A DNA stretch of 25,087 bases from Holdemanella sp. Lineage in GTDB: Bacteria > Bacillota_I > Bacilli_A > RFN20 > CAG-826. The notes beneath the pieces were generated by a model that saw only the letters and a list, made by a program, of their open reading frames with translations, searched no databases and was not told the DNA's origin. The stretch spans positions 1 through 25,087 of the forward strand of contig CAVKTU010000003.1 in assembly GCA_963659395.1 (NCBI GenBank), read 5' to 3'. Below, one piece after another: positions 1 to 8,511 of the stretch (position 1 is its first letter; each line of letters starts with the position of its first letter). The position numbers were made by a program, and so were the translations under genes.

Positions 1-1200
1 ATCGTAATGAGTTGAGGAGGCGGAAAAGACGTAAGAAAGCAATAATGAGAGGAATTGGCAAGCGACGAAATTAATGGCTAATTCCTTGAAAGCGAGTCGG
101 ATTTTCTTAGGCTTTGCATAAGCCATGCCCATGAAAACGATGTTGACGATGAGGCCAATTACGCCAATAAGCGCCGCTATTAACAAGAAGTCCGGTTCGT
201 CGGCGAAATAAGGAAGGAAAAGGAATTCGAAGACCGTGAGCGTGATGAAATAAAGGGAGAAATATTTATAAACGACTTTTCTCGTTCCTTCGGGCGTAAG
301 CTCTTTCTTAACGGGGGCGACAATCGGTTCCGTGGCGTTTTTGCTAGGGATTTCTTCTTTTTTGGCGATGGTTAGCTCATCGCTTGGACGAGATTCAGCG
401 GCGATGGCTTTTTGCTTTTGCTTTTCTAAAAGCCTCTTTTGCTCGGCTTCTTTCTTTGCTAAGGCTTTCTCTTCCACCTCTTTTTCTCGTTTTTCCTGTT
501 CGAGGCGTTTGGCTTCTTCTTTGGCTTTCTTTTCTGCTAAGGCCTTTTCTTCTTGCGCCTTTCTTTCCGCTTCTTTTTGGGCTTTTAAGACGGCCGCTTT
601 TTCTTCCGCTACGCGCCTTCTTTCTTCTTTTATCGCGTTTTTCTTCTCTTTGGCGATCCTCTTTTCCTCTTTAACGGCAAGGCGCACCGGCTTCGTTTTG
701 ACGATGTGGAGGATGTTCATCAGTACGCAAACGACGAGCAAAACGGCCGTCAAGGCCATGGCAACATAGACGACCCAATCGTTTTGGCCGTTAAAAAGAT
801 GCAAGAACCCTTCCCCGGCGACGGTGTTCGACGCGCAATCCCCTTCTTCTACGCACCTTTTCGCCATGGTTTGGTAGAAACCGTAAGCGTAGACGGGGAG
901 AAGGATGAAGATAAGAACGTCGGATGCAATCAAGCTGATGCGGTTTTTGATAAGCACACCACGGTCTTTCCTTATGAAGCAAGTGACTAACCTTATAAAT
1001 AGGAGAGGGATCGCCGCGGTCATGGAACTGGCGAATAGAGCCATTAGAAAGACGTTGGCCGTCGCCGAGATATATGTTTGTCCCGCTAACGCTATTTCGG
1101 ATAACGCAACCGCCGCTATCCCGATGACTAGAATCGTTGCTATAAGGATCCAGACGTAACGGATCCCCCTGTTTTTCTTGGCTGATGCTTCATTTTTCAT
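1..1200 (-). CDS. Multi-pass membrane protein with a central Glu/Lys/Ala-rich coiled-coil (TolA-like) segment; 3' end runs off the window
   Basis: Absent from the ORF track because it has no stop in the window; translated by hand. ATG at 1200 follows AAGGTGG, and the frame is open to base 1: MKNEASAKKNRGIRYVWILIATILVIGIAAV... It has about 4 hydrophobic segments, then KEEKRIAKEKKNAIKEERRRVAEEKAAVLKAQKEAERKAQEEKALAEKKAKEEAKRLEQEKREKE..., then further hydrophobic segments (YFSLYFITLTVFEFLFLPYF; FLLIAALIGVIGLIVNIVFMGM). Confidence 0.85.
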   Translation of the reverse strand, partial: MKNEASAKKNRGIRYVWILIATILVIGIAAVALSEIALAGQTYISATANVFLMALFASSMTAAIPLLFIRLVTCFIRKDRGVLIKNRISLIASDVLIFILLPVYAYGFYQTMAKRCVEEGDCASNTVAGEGFLHLFNGQNDWVVYVAMALTAVLLVVCVLMNILHIVKTKPVRLAVKEEKRIAKEKKNAIKEERRRVAEEKAAVLKAQKEAERKAQEEKALAEKKAKEEAKRLEQEKREKEVEEKALAKKEAEQKRLLEKQKQKAIAAESRPSDELTIAKKEEIPSKNATEPIVAPVKKELTPEGTRKVVYKYFSLYFITLTVFEFLFLPYFADEPDFLLIAALIGVIGLIVNIVFMGMAYAKPKKIRLAFKELAINFVACQFLSLLLSYVFSASSTHYD

Positions 1201-1269
1201 ATGTAAAAACCACCTTGTTGGAAAGTATATAAAATGAAGCGCCAACAAAGAGCCAACGGAAGGGTCGAT

Positions 1270-2049
1270 TTATTCTATTTCGTAGGCCAAGCGCTCTTCC
1301 GTTTCGATGGCCCATTCATAGGGCCGCATATATTCGCCATGGAAAGCGTCGTTTTTCTTATCCAAATAATCCCAATAGTCGCAAGAGAGGCCTGAGGGGT
1401 TTAAAAAGGCGCGGGCGCGGTTGAAAGTCACGATATGCTCGATGCCATATTGCCTTAATTTCATCTTGAGGCGGCTTACGGCGTCGCGGTATAGCCTTTT
1501 GGCCAAATCCGTCTTCTTGTCGATCCATAATTTGGTGATGGCCTCTTCCATGCTGACCTCGCCCCCATGGTGATCGACGAGCAAAGCCAATAATTCCTTA
1601 GCCTTCGACCGTTCGAAATCGAGCAAGACGTCATTCACATAGACGTCGAAGCGGGGGAAGGTCACGAAACGAATATGAATTCTCTCTTTGCTAAGCAACC
1701 TCACCAAGATCCCCTTGATCGTTTCTTCGTCATAGGGCTTATAGCAGAAATCGAAGAAATTCCTTCCTAATCTCTTCTTGATTTGCTCAACATCCTGGAC
1801 GTAGCCCGTGATGAAGATGATTTTGATGTGCGGATTGATTTTGATCAGCTCTTCGGCGATATCGATGCCATTATTCGTAGGCATCACGATATCCAAGAAA
1901 GCGGCGTCTACGTGATTGCTATGGGCGTAAGAGAGGGCTTCGTCGCATTTCGAAGAGAAAATATTGAGGCTGATGTTCGGAATGTCGATAACATGGGAGG
2001 CGAAAAGCAAAAGGGATTCTCTCTCGTCGTCGATTACAATCGCGTTCAT
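1270..2049 (-). CDS. Two-component response regulator, REC domain plus SARP/BTAD-like winged-helix output domain
   Basis: REC motifs IVIDDE, FLDIVMP (phospho-Asp), FITGY and YKP. The C-terminal TFPRFDVYVND...KAKELLALLVDH...LW...RDAVSRLK is typical of SAPR-family regulators. Start placed at ATG 2049, which has a GGAGG RBS and an ATGA overlap with the kinase stop. Confidence 0.9.
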   Translation of the reverse strand: MNAIVIDDERESLLLFASHVIDIPNISLNIFSSKCDEALSYAHSNHVDAAFLDIVMPTNNGIDIAEELIKINPHIKIIFITGYVQDVEQIKKRLGRNFFDFCYKPYDEETIKGILVRLLSKERIHIRFVTFPRFDVYVNDVLLDFERSKAKELLALLVDHHGGEVSMEEAITKLWIDKKTDLAKRLYRDAVSRLKMKLRQYGIEHIVTFNRARAFLNPSGLSCDYWDYLDKKNDAFHGEYMRPYEWAIETEERLAYEIE

Positions 2050-3932
2050 TTGCTTTCCTCCTGTTTGCAATACGGGATGGATATACGAATCTTGGTTCCT
2101 TTGCCGATCTCCGATTCGATTTCCGTTTTGGCGCCCAAAATTAAAGCCAATCGTTCCTTAGCGTTAGACAATCCAATCGAAGATGGGCCGATTTCGTTTG
2201 CATCGAACCCCACGCCGTTATCCGTGACGAGAATGATTATATGCCTTTCCTCGAGATAGGTGGATAGTTCGATATATCCGTCTTCTTTCGTCTCGATTCG
2301 CGAATGCTTGACGGCGTTTTCGACGAAGGGCTCTAAGCTTAAAGGAGGCAAGGAGAAGTTCGTCTCCTCCAAATCGAGAAGGAGTTCGATTTCCTTCTCT
2401 TTCCTCGCGTTCTCCAGTTTGACGTAATTAAGGATATTGGATAATTCCGTCTCGAAGGGGACGAGATTATAGGAGGATGATTGGAGGTTATTCCTCAAAT
2501 GCTTGGAGAACATGGTGATCATCTCCTCGCCTTTATTGGTGTCTTCCTTATAAGCGCTCTGGATGCTAGTGAGGCAATTGAAGACGAAGTGGGGCTTGAT
2601 TTGCTCTTTGAGGGCATCGGCTTTCAAGCGCTCGGCTTCCTTTTGCTTTTCGAGCGCTTGGATGTATTTCTTGGTGCGGGAGACGCTAAAGAGGCGATAG
2701 AGGACGATGATCGTGATAACTAGCGGCAACAGGATATAGGAAATGGCTTGCTCGGTGCCGGCGATCATGATGTTCTCAAGATCGAAGAAGGTGATCGTGA
2801 AATACGTCAATAAGGAAAAGATGATGAAAAGGAAGGCGATATTCACCTTTTTGCCTTCGAAAACCCCATTGGTGAGTGGTGGTATCAGGACTAAAAAATT
2901 AAGCAAGGATAGCATTAGGGGAATCACCTGCATGAAAGTCCCCATCAAGACGAAATAAAGGGTGATCGACATCAAGGAAACGGCAAGGAAGGCCATCCAA
3001 TAAAACCTATTCCCTTGGATTTTACGCGATTTGACCAAATGGAAATAAAGGGCGAAGGACAAGGATATCGATATAAGCAAGGTAATGAAGATGATGGGAT
3101 TATAGGTGTTCAGCTTGATGATGGAGAGGATGCGCCAATAGACGTCGATCGAGAAGAAAACCATGATGGAGAATAGGCCCATCAAAATGGCGAAGGAGAA
3201 ATCCTTCCTAGAAACGTTGATGTTGACGATGAAGGAGATGATAAGGAGGGAGAGGACGACCCCTAGGAGCACGAAGCCGATATTGTTCGTCAAATATTGG
3301 GAGGTGGGGTTCCTTCCCAAAGTATTGATGACGAGCCTGGCGGGGGAGGTTAATCCTCCCTGATAGGAGGAAGAGACTTCGAAGACGACTTCTAGCGGCA
3401 TGTCGTCCTTCACGACATATTCCTTCGTCATGTCGTCGCCGCCATTGCTTAGGCAATTGCCCGCCTTTTCCCTTGTGCCGTATTTGACGACCAATTCCTT
3501 GTTTATATAGGCATAGAACCCCCCGACGAAATTGTTGTTGATAAACCATATTTTGGTGCCAATCGGTAATCCCTTTACATAAACGCGGTAAGATGAATGC
3601 CCCTCGTTAGATAGCCTTTTCCCGTCGATCACGGTGTCTTGATAGTGATGGGGGACGCTCACCTTCGTATCGGGCTCGCCGAGGTAATCATCTTCAACGA
3701 TCCACCTCTTATAGAAGAATTCGTATTCCCCTTTCATATGTTGCTTCACGTATTTCTCGCCGATGCTATAGCCGCTAAAATCGAGCACGCCGCCTTTTAG
3801 GTCGGGTAAGCCTTGCTTGCTATTCATGTTGGTATCGCTATTAATTAAGGCAAAGCACACGATTAAAATGCTAGCTAAAGCTAGTAGCAATGTGCTTACC
3901 GAAGCGATGAATTTCTTTAGCTTTAACGTCAT
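2046..3932 (-). CDS. Membrane sensor histidine kinase, LytS/YesM type, with a 7TM-DISM-like extracellular beta-sandwich and about 7 TM segments
   Basis: H-box ALKEQIKPHFVFNCL, N-box PFVENAVKH, G1 VTDNGVGF, IGLSNAKERL and ESEIGKGT. N-terminal TM, then a ~180-aa extracellular domain beginning GGVLDFS...KGEYEFFY, then a multi-TM block. No clear RBS, so the start is uncertain. Confidence 0.88.
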   Translation of the reverse strand: MTLKLKKFIASVSTLLLALASILIVCFALINSDTNMNSKQGLPDLKGGVLDFSGYSIGEKYVKQHMKGEYEFFYKRWIVEDDYLGEPDTKVSVPHHYQDTVIDGKRLSNEGHSSYRVYVKGLPIGTKIWFINNNFVGGFYAYINKELVVKYGTREKAGNCLSNGGDDMTKEYVVKDDMPLEVVFEVSSSYQGGLTSPARLVINTLGRNPTSQYLTNNIGFVLLGVVLSLLIISFIVNINVSRKDFSFAILMGLFSIMVFFSIDVYWRILSIIKLNTYNPIIFITLLISISLSFALYFHLVKSRKIQGNRFYWMAFLAVSLMSITLYFVLMGTFMQVIPLMLSLLNFLVLIPPLTNGVFEGKKVNIAFLFIIFSLLTYFTITFFDLENIMIAGTEQAISYILLPLVITIIVLYRLFSVSRTKKYIQALEKQKEAERLKADALKEQIKPHFVFNCLTSIQSAYKEDTNKGEEMITMFSKHLRNNLQSSSYNLVPFETELSNILNYVKLENARKEKEIELLLDLEETNFSLPPLSLEPFVENAVKHSRIETKEDGYIELSTYLEERHIIILVTDNGVGFDANEIGPSSIGLSNAKERLALILGAKTEIESEIGKGTKIRISIPYCKQEESK

Positions 3933-4011
3933 AAGCGGGCGATAAGGTTAAGCGAATTTCGTAAAATCGATGGCAAATCAGCGTTGTTTTGATAAGGAAC
4001 GGCGATTATCT

Positions 4012-5565
4012 TCATTTATTCCCTTCGTGATAATCGCTTTCGGTGTTGACCGACCAAATATTCTCTTTGTCTTTAATGCCGTTAATGATGTTGTCGGCGG
4101 CGATAAGGCCGGTTAGCATCGAGTGGTCCATGTTGTTATAGCGGTGCTGACCATTCCTGCCGATGCAATAAAGATTGCTTATCTTATCTAATTCCTCGCG
4201 GACCTTTGAAAAATCCTGATAGGAGCCAAAATAGGCGGGATAGGCCTTTTTGACCTTTATCATGGTGGCGTCTAGCACGTCGTCTTTCGAGGCGATAAGA
4301 CCCATGGAAAGAAGTTCGTTGGTGGCCATGGCGATAAAATCCTCTTGGCTCATCTCCCATAGCGAATCGCCCTCGGTCGCGAAATATTCAAGCCCCATCC
4401 ATACTTGGTGGAAGGGGTCGGCGACCATATAAGGGGACCAGTTGTTGAAAATCTGGATGCGCCCCATCTTAACCGACCTCTCTTGGACGTAGATCCAATT
4501 GTCGGGCACCAAATCATTAAGGGTTTTGATCTTCGTTTTGTTTTTGATGGCCAAATGGTCGAGCAATATCCCGACGGTGATGAAGTCGCGGTAGGGCAAA
4601 GACGTGGCGACGTTAAAGGCCTCTTCGTTTACCTTTCCTTCGCCGATGGAAAGGAAAAGGTCCTTGATCGGCATGCTCGAAAGGAAATAATCGCCGAGGA
4701 ATCTCTCTCCGTCCGACGAGGTGACGGATGTTATGACGCCTTGATCGTTCAATTCGATTTTGGTGACGGGCTTATTGTAGAGGAATTTCACGCCTTTCTC
4801 GACTAAAAGGTCGCGCATCCTCTCGTATAATTCGCCAGGTCCATATTTGGGGTATTTGAATTCCTCGATGAGGGTCGTTTCCACTTTCCTTTGCTTCTTC
4901 TTGAAAGGCTTGCTAAGGGCGGCGCCCAAGGCTTTCCATAAAGAGAGCCCCTTGACCCTTTGCGCCCCCCAATCGGGCGATAATTCCTTAGGGGAGACGC
5001 CCCAAAGCTTTTTGGTGTAGTCTTCGAAGAATAGCTGATATAGCGGCTTTCCGAAGCGGTTGATGTAAAAATCCTCTAAGGAATCTTCCTTCCTTTTATG
5101 CAAACTGCTTCCTAGATAGCCAAAGCCACATCGGATGGTGCGCCATAGGCCCATGTTGACGAAAGTCTGTAATTTAAGGGAAATGGGGTAATCGAAGAAT
5201 TTCTTTAGGAAGTAGATGCGGGAGACCCTTCCTCTAATTAGCATCACGTTGTCGCTTTGCTCGGGATCGGGGCCGCCTGCTACCCATTTCTTCTCTCGTT
5301 TTAAGGCTATATCGTCAAGCGCGGGAGCGCCTTGGGTGGGCATTAATTCCTCCCAAAGGTCATTGATGCGGTCGCTTTTGCTGAAGAAGCGGTGGCCGCC
5401 GATATCCATGCGGTTGCCTTTGTAGGAGACGGTTTTGGAGATGCCTCCGACATGGTCCTCGCTTTCTAAGATCACGATTTCATAATCGCCATTTTTCGAT
5501 AATTCATAGGCGGCGCTTAAACCGGCGGGGCCGGCACCGATGATAACGACCGTTGGCTTCGACAT
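4012..5565 (-). CDS. FAD-dependent oxidoreductase (PRK07208-like; protoporphyrinogen oxidase / UDP-galactopyranose mutase-like superfamily)
   Basis: Rossmann motif [27 protein letters not shown] and C-terminal [23 protein letters not shown] upstream. Confidence 0.85.
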   Translation of the reverse strand: MSKPTVVIIGAGPAGLSAAYELSKNGDYEIVILESEDHVGGISKTVSYKGNRMDIGGHRFFSKSDRINDLWEELMPTQGAPALDDIALKREKKWVAGGPDPEQSDNVMLIRGRVSRIYFLKKFFDYPISLKLQTFVNMGLWRTIRCGFGYLGSSLHKRKEDSLEDFYINRFGKPLYQLFFEDYTKKLWGVSPKELSPDWGAQRVKGLSLWKALGAALSKPFKKKQRKVETTLIEEFKYPKYGPGELYERMRDLLVEKGVKFLYNKPVTKIELNDQGVITSVTSSDGERFLGDYFLSSMPIKDLFLSIGEGKVNEEAFNVATSLPYRDFITVGILLDHLAIKNKTKIKTLNDLVPDNWIYVQERSVKMGRIQIFNNWSPYMVADPFHQVWMGLEYFATEGDSLWEMSQEDFIAMATNELLSMGLIASKDDVLDATMIKVKKAYPAYFGSYQDFSKVREELDKISNLYCIGRNGQHRYNNMDHSMLTGLIAADNIINGIKDKENIWSVNTESDYHEGNK

Positions 5566-5656
5566 AGCTTTCCTCCGTTTTTTCTTAGATAACTATAAGC
5601 GTTCTTCTTCTTAGAAGAAATAACGACCTCCATCCTTCGCCAAGGGGCGTATAGTT

Positions 5657-6559
5657 ATGGAGATGATTTGGGTACTATTGGCCATTGTCTCCGCCATTGC
5701 GACGAGCCTAACGAATATCTTGGCCAAAATCGGCATTAAGGACGTCAACAGCGATTTCGCCACGGCCTACCGCACGCTCATCGTGCTCTTTTGCGCGGCG
5801 ATATTATGCCTTTGCACCAGCAGTTTCTCGCTTTTTCCCGAATTGACGTGGCAGAATTATCTGTTTCTTTCCCTATCGGGCTTAGCGACGGGGATATCCT
5901 GGCTTTGCTATTACCGCGCTTTGCAACTTGGCAGTATCAATCAAGTCGCTCCCATCGATAAATCTAGTTTTATCCTCTCTAGCGTCCTTTTTCTCATCTT
6001 CTTTTATGACGAAACGACGCATAACGGCGACCCTTTGACCCTCTCGATGCTCTTGGTGGCGATGGCTCTTATGCTAGCGGGCACCCTTCTTATGATCGAG
6101 AAGAAGGATGTGGCTAGCAAAGACGGGAGGAAATGGATGGTTTATGCCATCTTAAGCGCGGTGTTTGCCGCTTTGGTGTCCTTCTTCGTCAAACTAGGCT
6201 TGCGCAATACCTCCAGCTCGCTTGGCACTTTCCTAAGGACGGGAGTCGTTTTCCTTTTCGCTTCGGCTATTGTTTTAGCTAGAAAAGAGATGCCCAAATT
6301 AAAAACGGTCGGCAAGAAGAATTGGCTCTTTCTCACCCTTTCGGGGATTATGACGGGGATCTGCTGGTTTGCCGAATACGCCGCCCTTAATTATGAGGGG
6401 TCGAATGCCGTCGCCATCACTTCCATTGGCAAATTCTCCATCGCTTTGACGATGCTTTTCTCCTTCTTGATACTCAAAGAGAAATTCAGCAAAAAGATGC
6501 TCTTAGGGCTAGCTCTCCTCTTAGGCGGCATTGGGATAGTGGTGGCTTTCGCTTTATAG
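5657..6559 (+). CDS. EamA/DMT family transporter (two EamA repeats)
   Basis: About 10 hydrophobic segments in two similar halves (LAKIGIKDVNSDFATAYRT...LSLSGLATGISWLCYY vs FVKLGLRNTSSSLGTFLRT...LTLSGIMTGICWFAEY), plus VAPIDK and LILKEK. The true start may be ATG 5663. Confidence 0.9.
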   Translation: MEMIWVLLAIVSAIATSLTNILAKIGIKDVNSDFATAYRTLIVLFCAAILCLCTSSFSLFPELTWQNYLFLSLSGLATGISWLCYYRALQLGSINQVAPIDKSSFILSSVLFLIFFYDETTHNGDPLTLSMLLVAMALMLAGTLLMIEKKDVASKDGRKWMVYAILSAVFAALVSFFVKLGLRNTSSSLGTFLRTGVVFLFASAIVLARKEMPKLKTVGKKNWLFLTLSGIMTGICWFAEYAALNYEGSNAVAITSIGKFSIALTMLFSFLILKEKFSKKMLLGLALLLGGIGIVVAFAL

Positions 6560-6631
6560 TCGTTACGTTATCTAGTCACGTTAGAATTCTTGGTTATATC
6601 CAGATATGTATTGATTAAACCCGCTTTGGCG

Positions 6632-8353
6632 CTATTTCTTTAGCCAAACGCTTAGGCGGTTATGGCATTCATCCCATTTCTTGCCCGACGAAGCAAAATC
6701 GGTGAAAACCAATCCGTTATTACGGAAGCGCAATCTTTCTTCGCCTTGGGGCGCTTCCATTAGGAAAGATGATAATGTTTCCGCATGGATTTCCTCCAAA
6801 GGGGTTTGAGGATTGTTTTCTTCCGCTACGCATAGGACATAAGGGCCGTATGTGTAGGCCACGCGGTCTTGGCAAAGGTGTTGGTCTATTTGGGCGTTAA
6901 GCAGTAGCGATAAAGAATGCCTTCCCGCTTCGATTAGATGATAAGTCCCAGCCTCAACTGGATGAATGTCACCATCGATGTCAATCGTTGGATCATGGGC
7001 CCATGAGGGAATGCGAAGGTTAATCGGCTTAGAGGAATCGATCCGCAAAGATACATTGGTATCTCCGTCTATTTCGATCGCTAGGCCGTTTGTCTGTATT
7101 TTCCCAGGATAATAGGCATTTAGATAATATGCGTCATCGTCTTCCATGATGGCATCTAGTCCCATGATGCCGATGCCGGCGCTGCCGATGGCGGCGCAGC
7201 ATCCATAGAATTCGCCATCTTCGAAGAATTGAAGACCGCCCGTCGATTTTCCCCGGCAATCATCGACCAAAGGGGAATAGCTATCGAAGGGCAAGGGATG
7301 CAATTCGGTATGGTGATAGAAGTCGTGGGCGTGCTGATGATGGTAATTTATCGGCCCCAAATAAGCGTTAAGAGAGATCCTCTCCATCATATCCATGTAT
7401 TTAGGATCAGGGGAGTCGCGATAGAGAATATCCAAAATCCTCATCCAGGTTACGGATACGCACGTTTCTTGGCAGAAATTCTCGGGCTTGGTGGCTTGCA
7501 TAAGGGAACCATGATTAAATTCTTCACCTTTCGCGCCCGCGTTACCGATGATGGAAGTCTCGCTTTCGTAGACGTCAAAGAAGAAACGGAGAGCTTTGTT
7601 TTTTAACGCTTCGTCGCCAGTTACTTTGGCGTATTGGTACACGCCTTCGAAGAAGGACATCGTTTCGTACGCTTTCGTTTCGGGATATTGATAGGGGAGC
7701 ATTTTGCCCACGCAGTCTAGCAGATTGCCATCTTTTATGCCGCCGGTTGAGACGATATAGGAAGCAAAATCCAAATATTTCTTCTCTTCGGTTACGTTAT
7801 ATAAATTGACGAATGGCTCCAATATCGAAGAGGAATTCACCCCTAGCCACCAACGGCTGGTGTCGGTGATTTCCTTTTTGCCGCCCCCCACATGGTCAAG
7901 AATATAATCAGCGTGTCTTTTGACGGCCGTTAAAACCTTTTCTTTTAAGATCGGATCTTGGCATATCCAAAAGAAATGCAAGAGGCCCGTCACCACGTAT
8001 TTGCGGCACCAAACATCCCATCCCTGGAATTCGTTTTCGACGTTATAGGTTGATATGCGTCCCAATTCGTCTTGGGCGTTTAATAGGCAAGTGACCGCTT
8101 GCGACAAGACCTTATAAAGCTCTTCGCTTGGATTATAGGCGTAGCATAAGCAAGCGCCTCTCATCATCTTGCCGAAATATTCTCCACGCCACCCAAGGTT
8201 TGTCGAATCCTCATGGACGACAAAAGGCTCGACGAAGCGCGCCCAAAGGCCTTCGTTAAGCAATTGCTCTTGTAAGATGAAGGAATACGCTTTTTCGAAT
8301 TGATCTTGGAAGTAGCAGGAGCCAAAGGGCAGGTAATGGAGTTTCTTTTTCAT
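6632..8353 (-). CDS. Glycoside hydrolase, GH127/GH146-like (beta-L-arabinofuranosidase, DUF1680), cytoplasmic
   Basis: GWRGEYFGK, GEEF (acid/base region), QETCVSVTW (7460-7468) and GCCA (7196-7201) match the Glu/Cys Zn-site motifs of HypBA1-type enzymes. C-terminal LRIPSWA and YGPYVL are also typical. No signal peptide. Confidence 0.85.
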   Translation of the reverse strand: MKKKLHYLPFGSCYFQDQFEKAYSFILQEQLLNEGLWARFVEPFVVHEDSTNLGWRGEYFGKMMRGACLCYAYNPSEELYKVLSQAVTCLLNAQDELGRISTYNVENEFQGWDVWCRKYVVTGLLHFFWICQDPILKEKVLTAVKRHADYILDHVGGGKKEITDTSRWWLGVNSSSILEPFVNLYNVTEEKKYLDFASYIVSTGGIKDGNLLDCVGKMLPYQYPETKAYETMSFFEGVYQYAKVTGDEALKNKALRFFFDVYESETSIIGNAGAKGEEFNHGSLMQATKPENFCQETCVSVTWMRILDILYRDSPDPKYMDMMERISLNAYLGPINYHHQHAHDFYHHTELHPLPFDSYSPLVDDCRGKSTGGLQFFEDGEFYGCCAAIGSAGIGIMGLDAIMEDDDAYYLNAYYPGKIQTNGLAIEIDGDTNVSLRIDSSKPINLRIPSWAHDPTIDIDGDIHPVEAGTYHLIEAGRHSLSLLLNAQIDQHLCQDRVAYTYGPYVLCVAEENNPQTPLEEIHAETLSSFLMEAPQGEERLRFRNNGLVFTDFASSGKKWDECHNRLSVWLKK

Positions 8354-8465
8354 AAAAACATTAATATTTTAAGATGATTGGCGATTGTCTGTTGTTGTTT
8401 TTAGCGCTTTATATTTCTTTATATCTTTATTCAGCATTAGAAGCGGTGGGGGTTAAGGACCCGGT

Positions 8466-8496
8466 AAGAAAACGGGCAGTTGAAGCCTGCCCGTTT
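8466..8496 (-). terminator. Rho-independent terminator after the 8512-10275 gene
   Basis: Perfect 10-bp stem AAACGGGCAG(8470-8479)/CTGCCCGTTT(8487-8496) with a 7-nt loop; on the minus strand it runs out into TTTTCTT. Confidence 0.8.
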
Positions 8497-8511
8497 CCGA
8501 TGATCAAAAGT

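Noticed and set aside
332..1159. Plus-strand ORFs 332-769, 384-674, 706-990 and 905-1159
   Set aside because: Shadows of the minus-strand membrane protein; the S/F/L-rich content mirrors its E/K-rich stalk.
2050..2070. ORF-track start of the response regulator at 2070
   Set aside because: That extension contains the GGAGG RBS itself; ATG 2049 gives a normal REC N-terminus and an ATGA overlap.
8464..8474. GTAAGAAAACG resembling the shared promoter motif
   Set aside because: It is the complement of the terminator U-tract and stem base, is on the wrong strand for GH127, and has no -10 at 30 nt.
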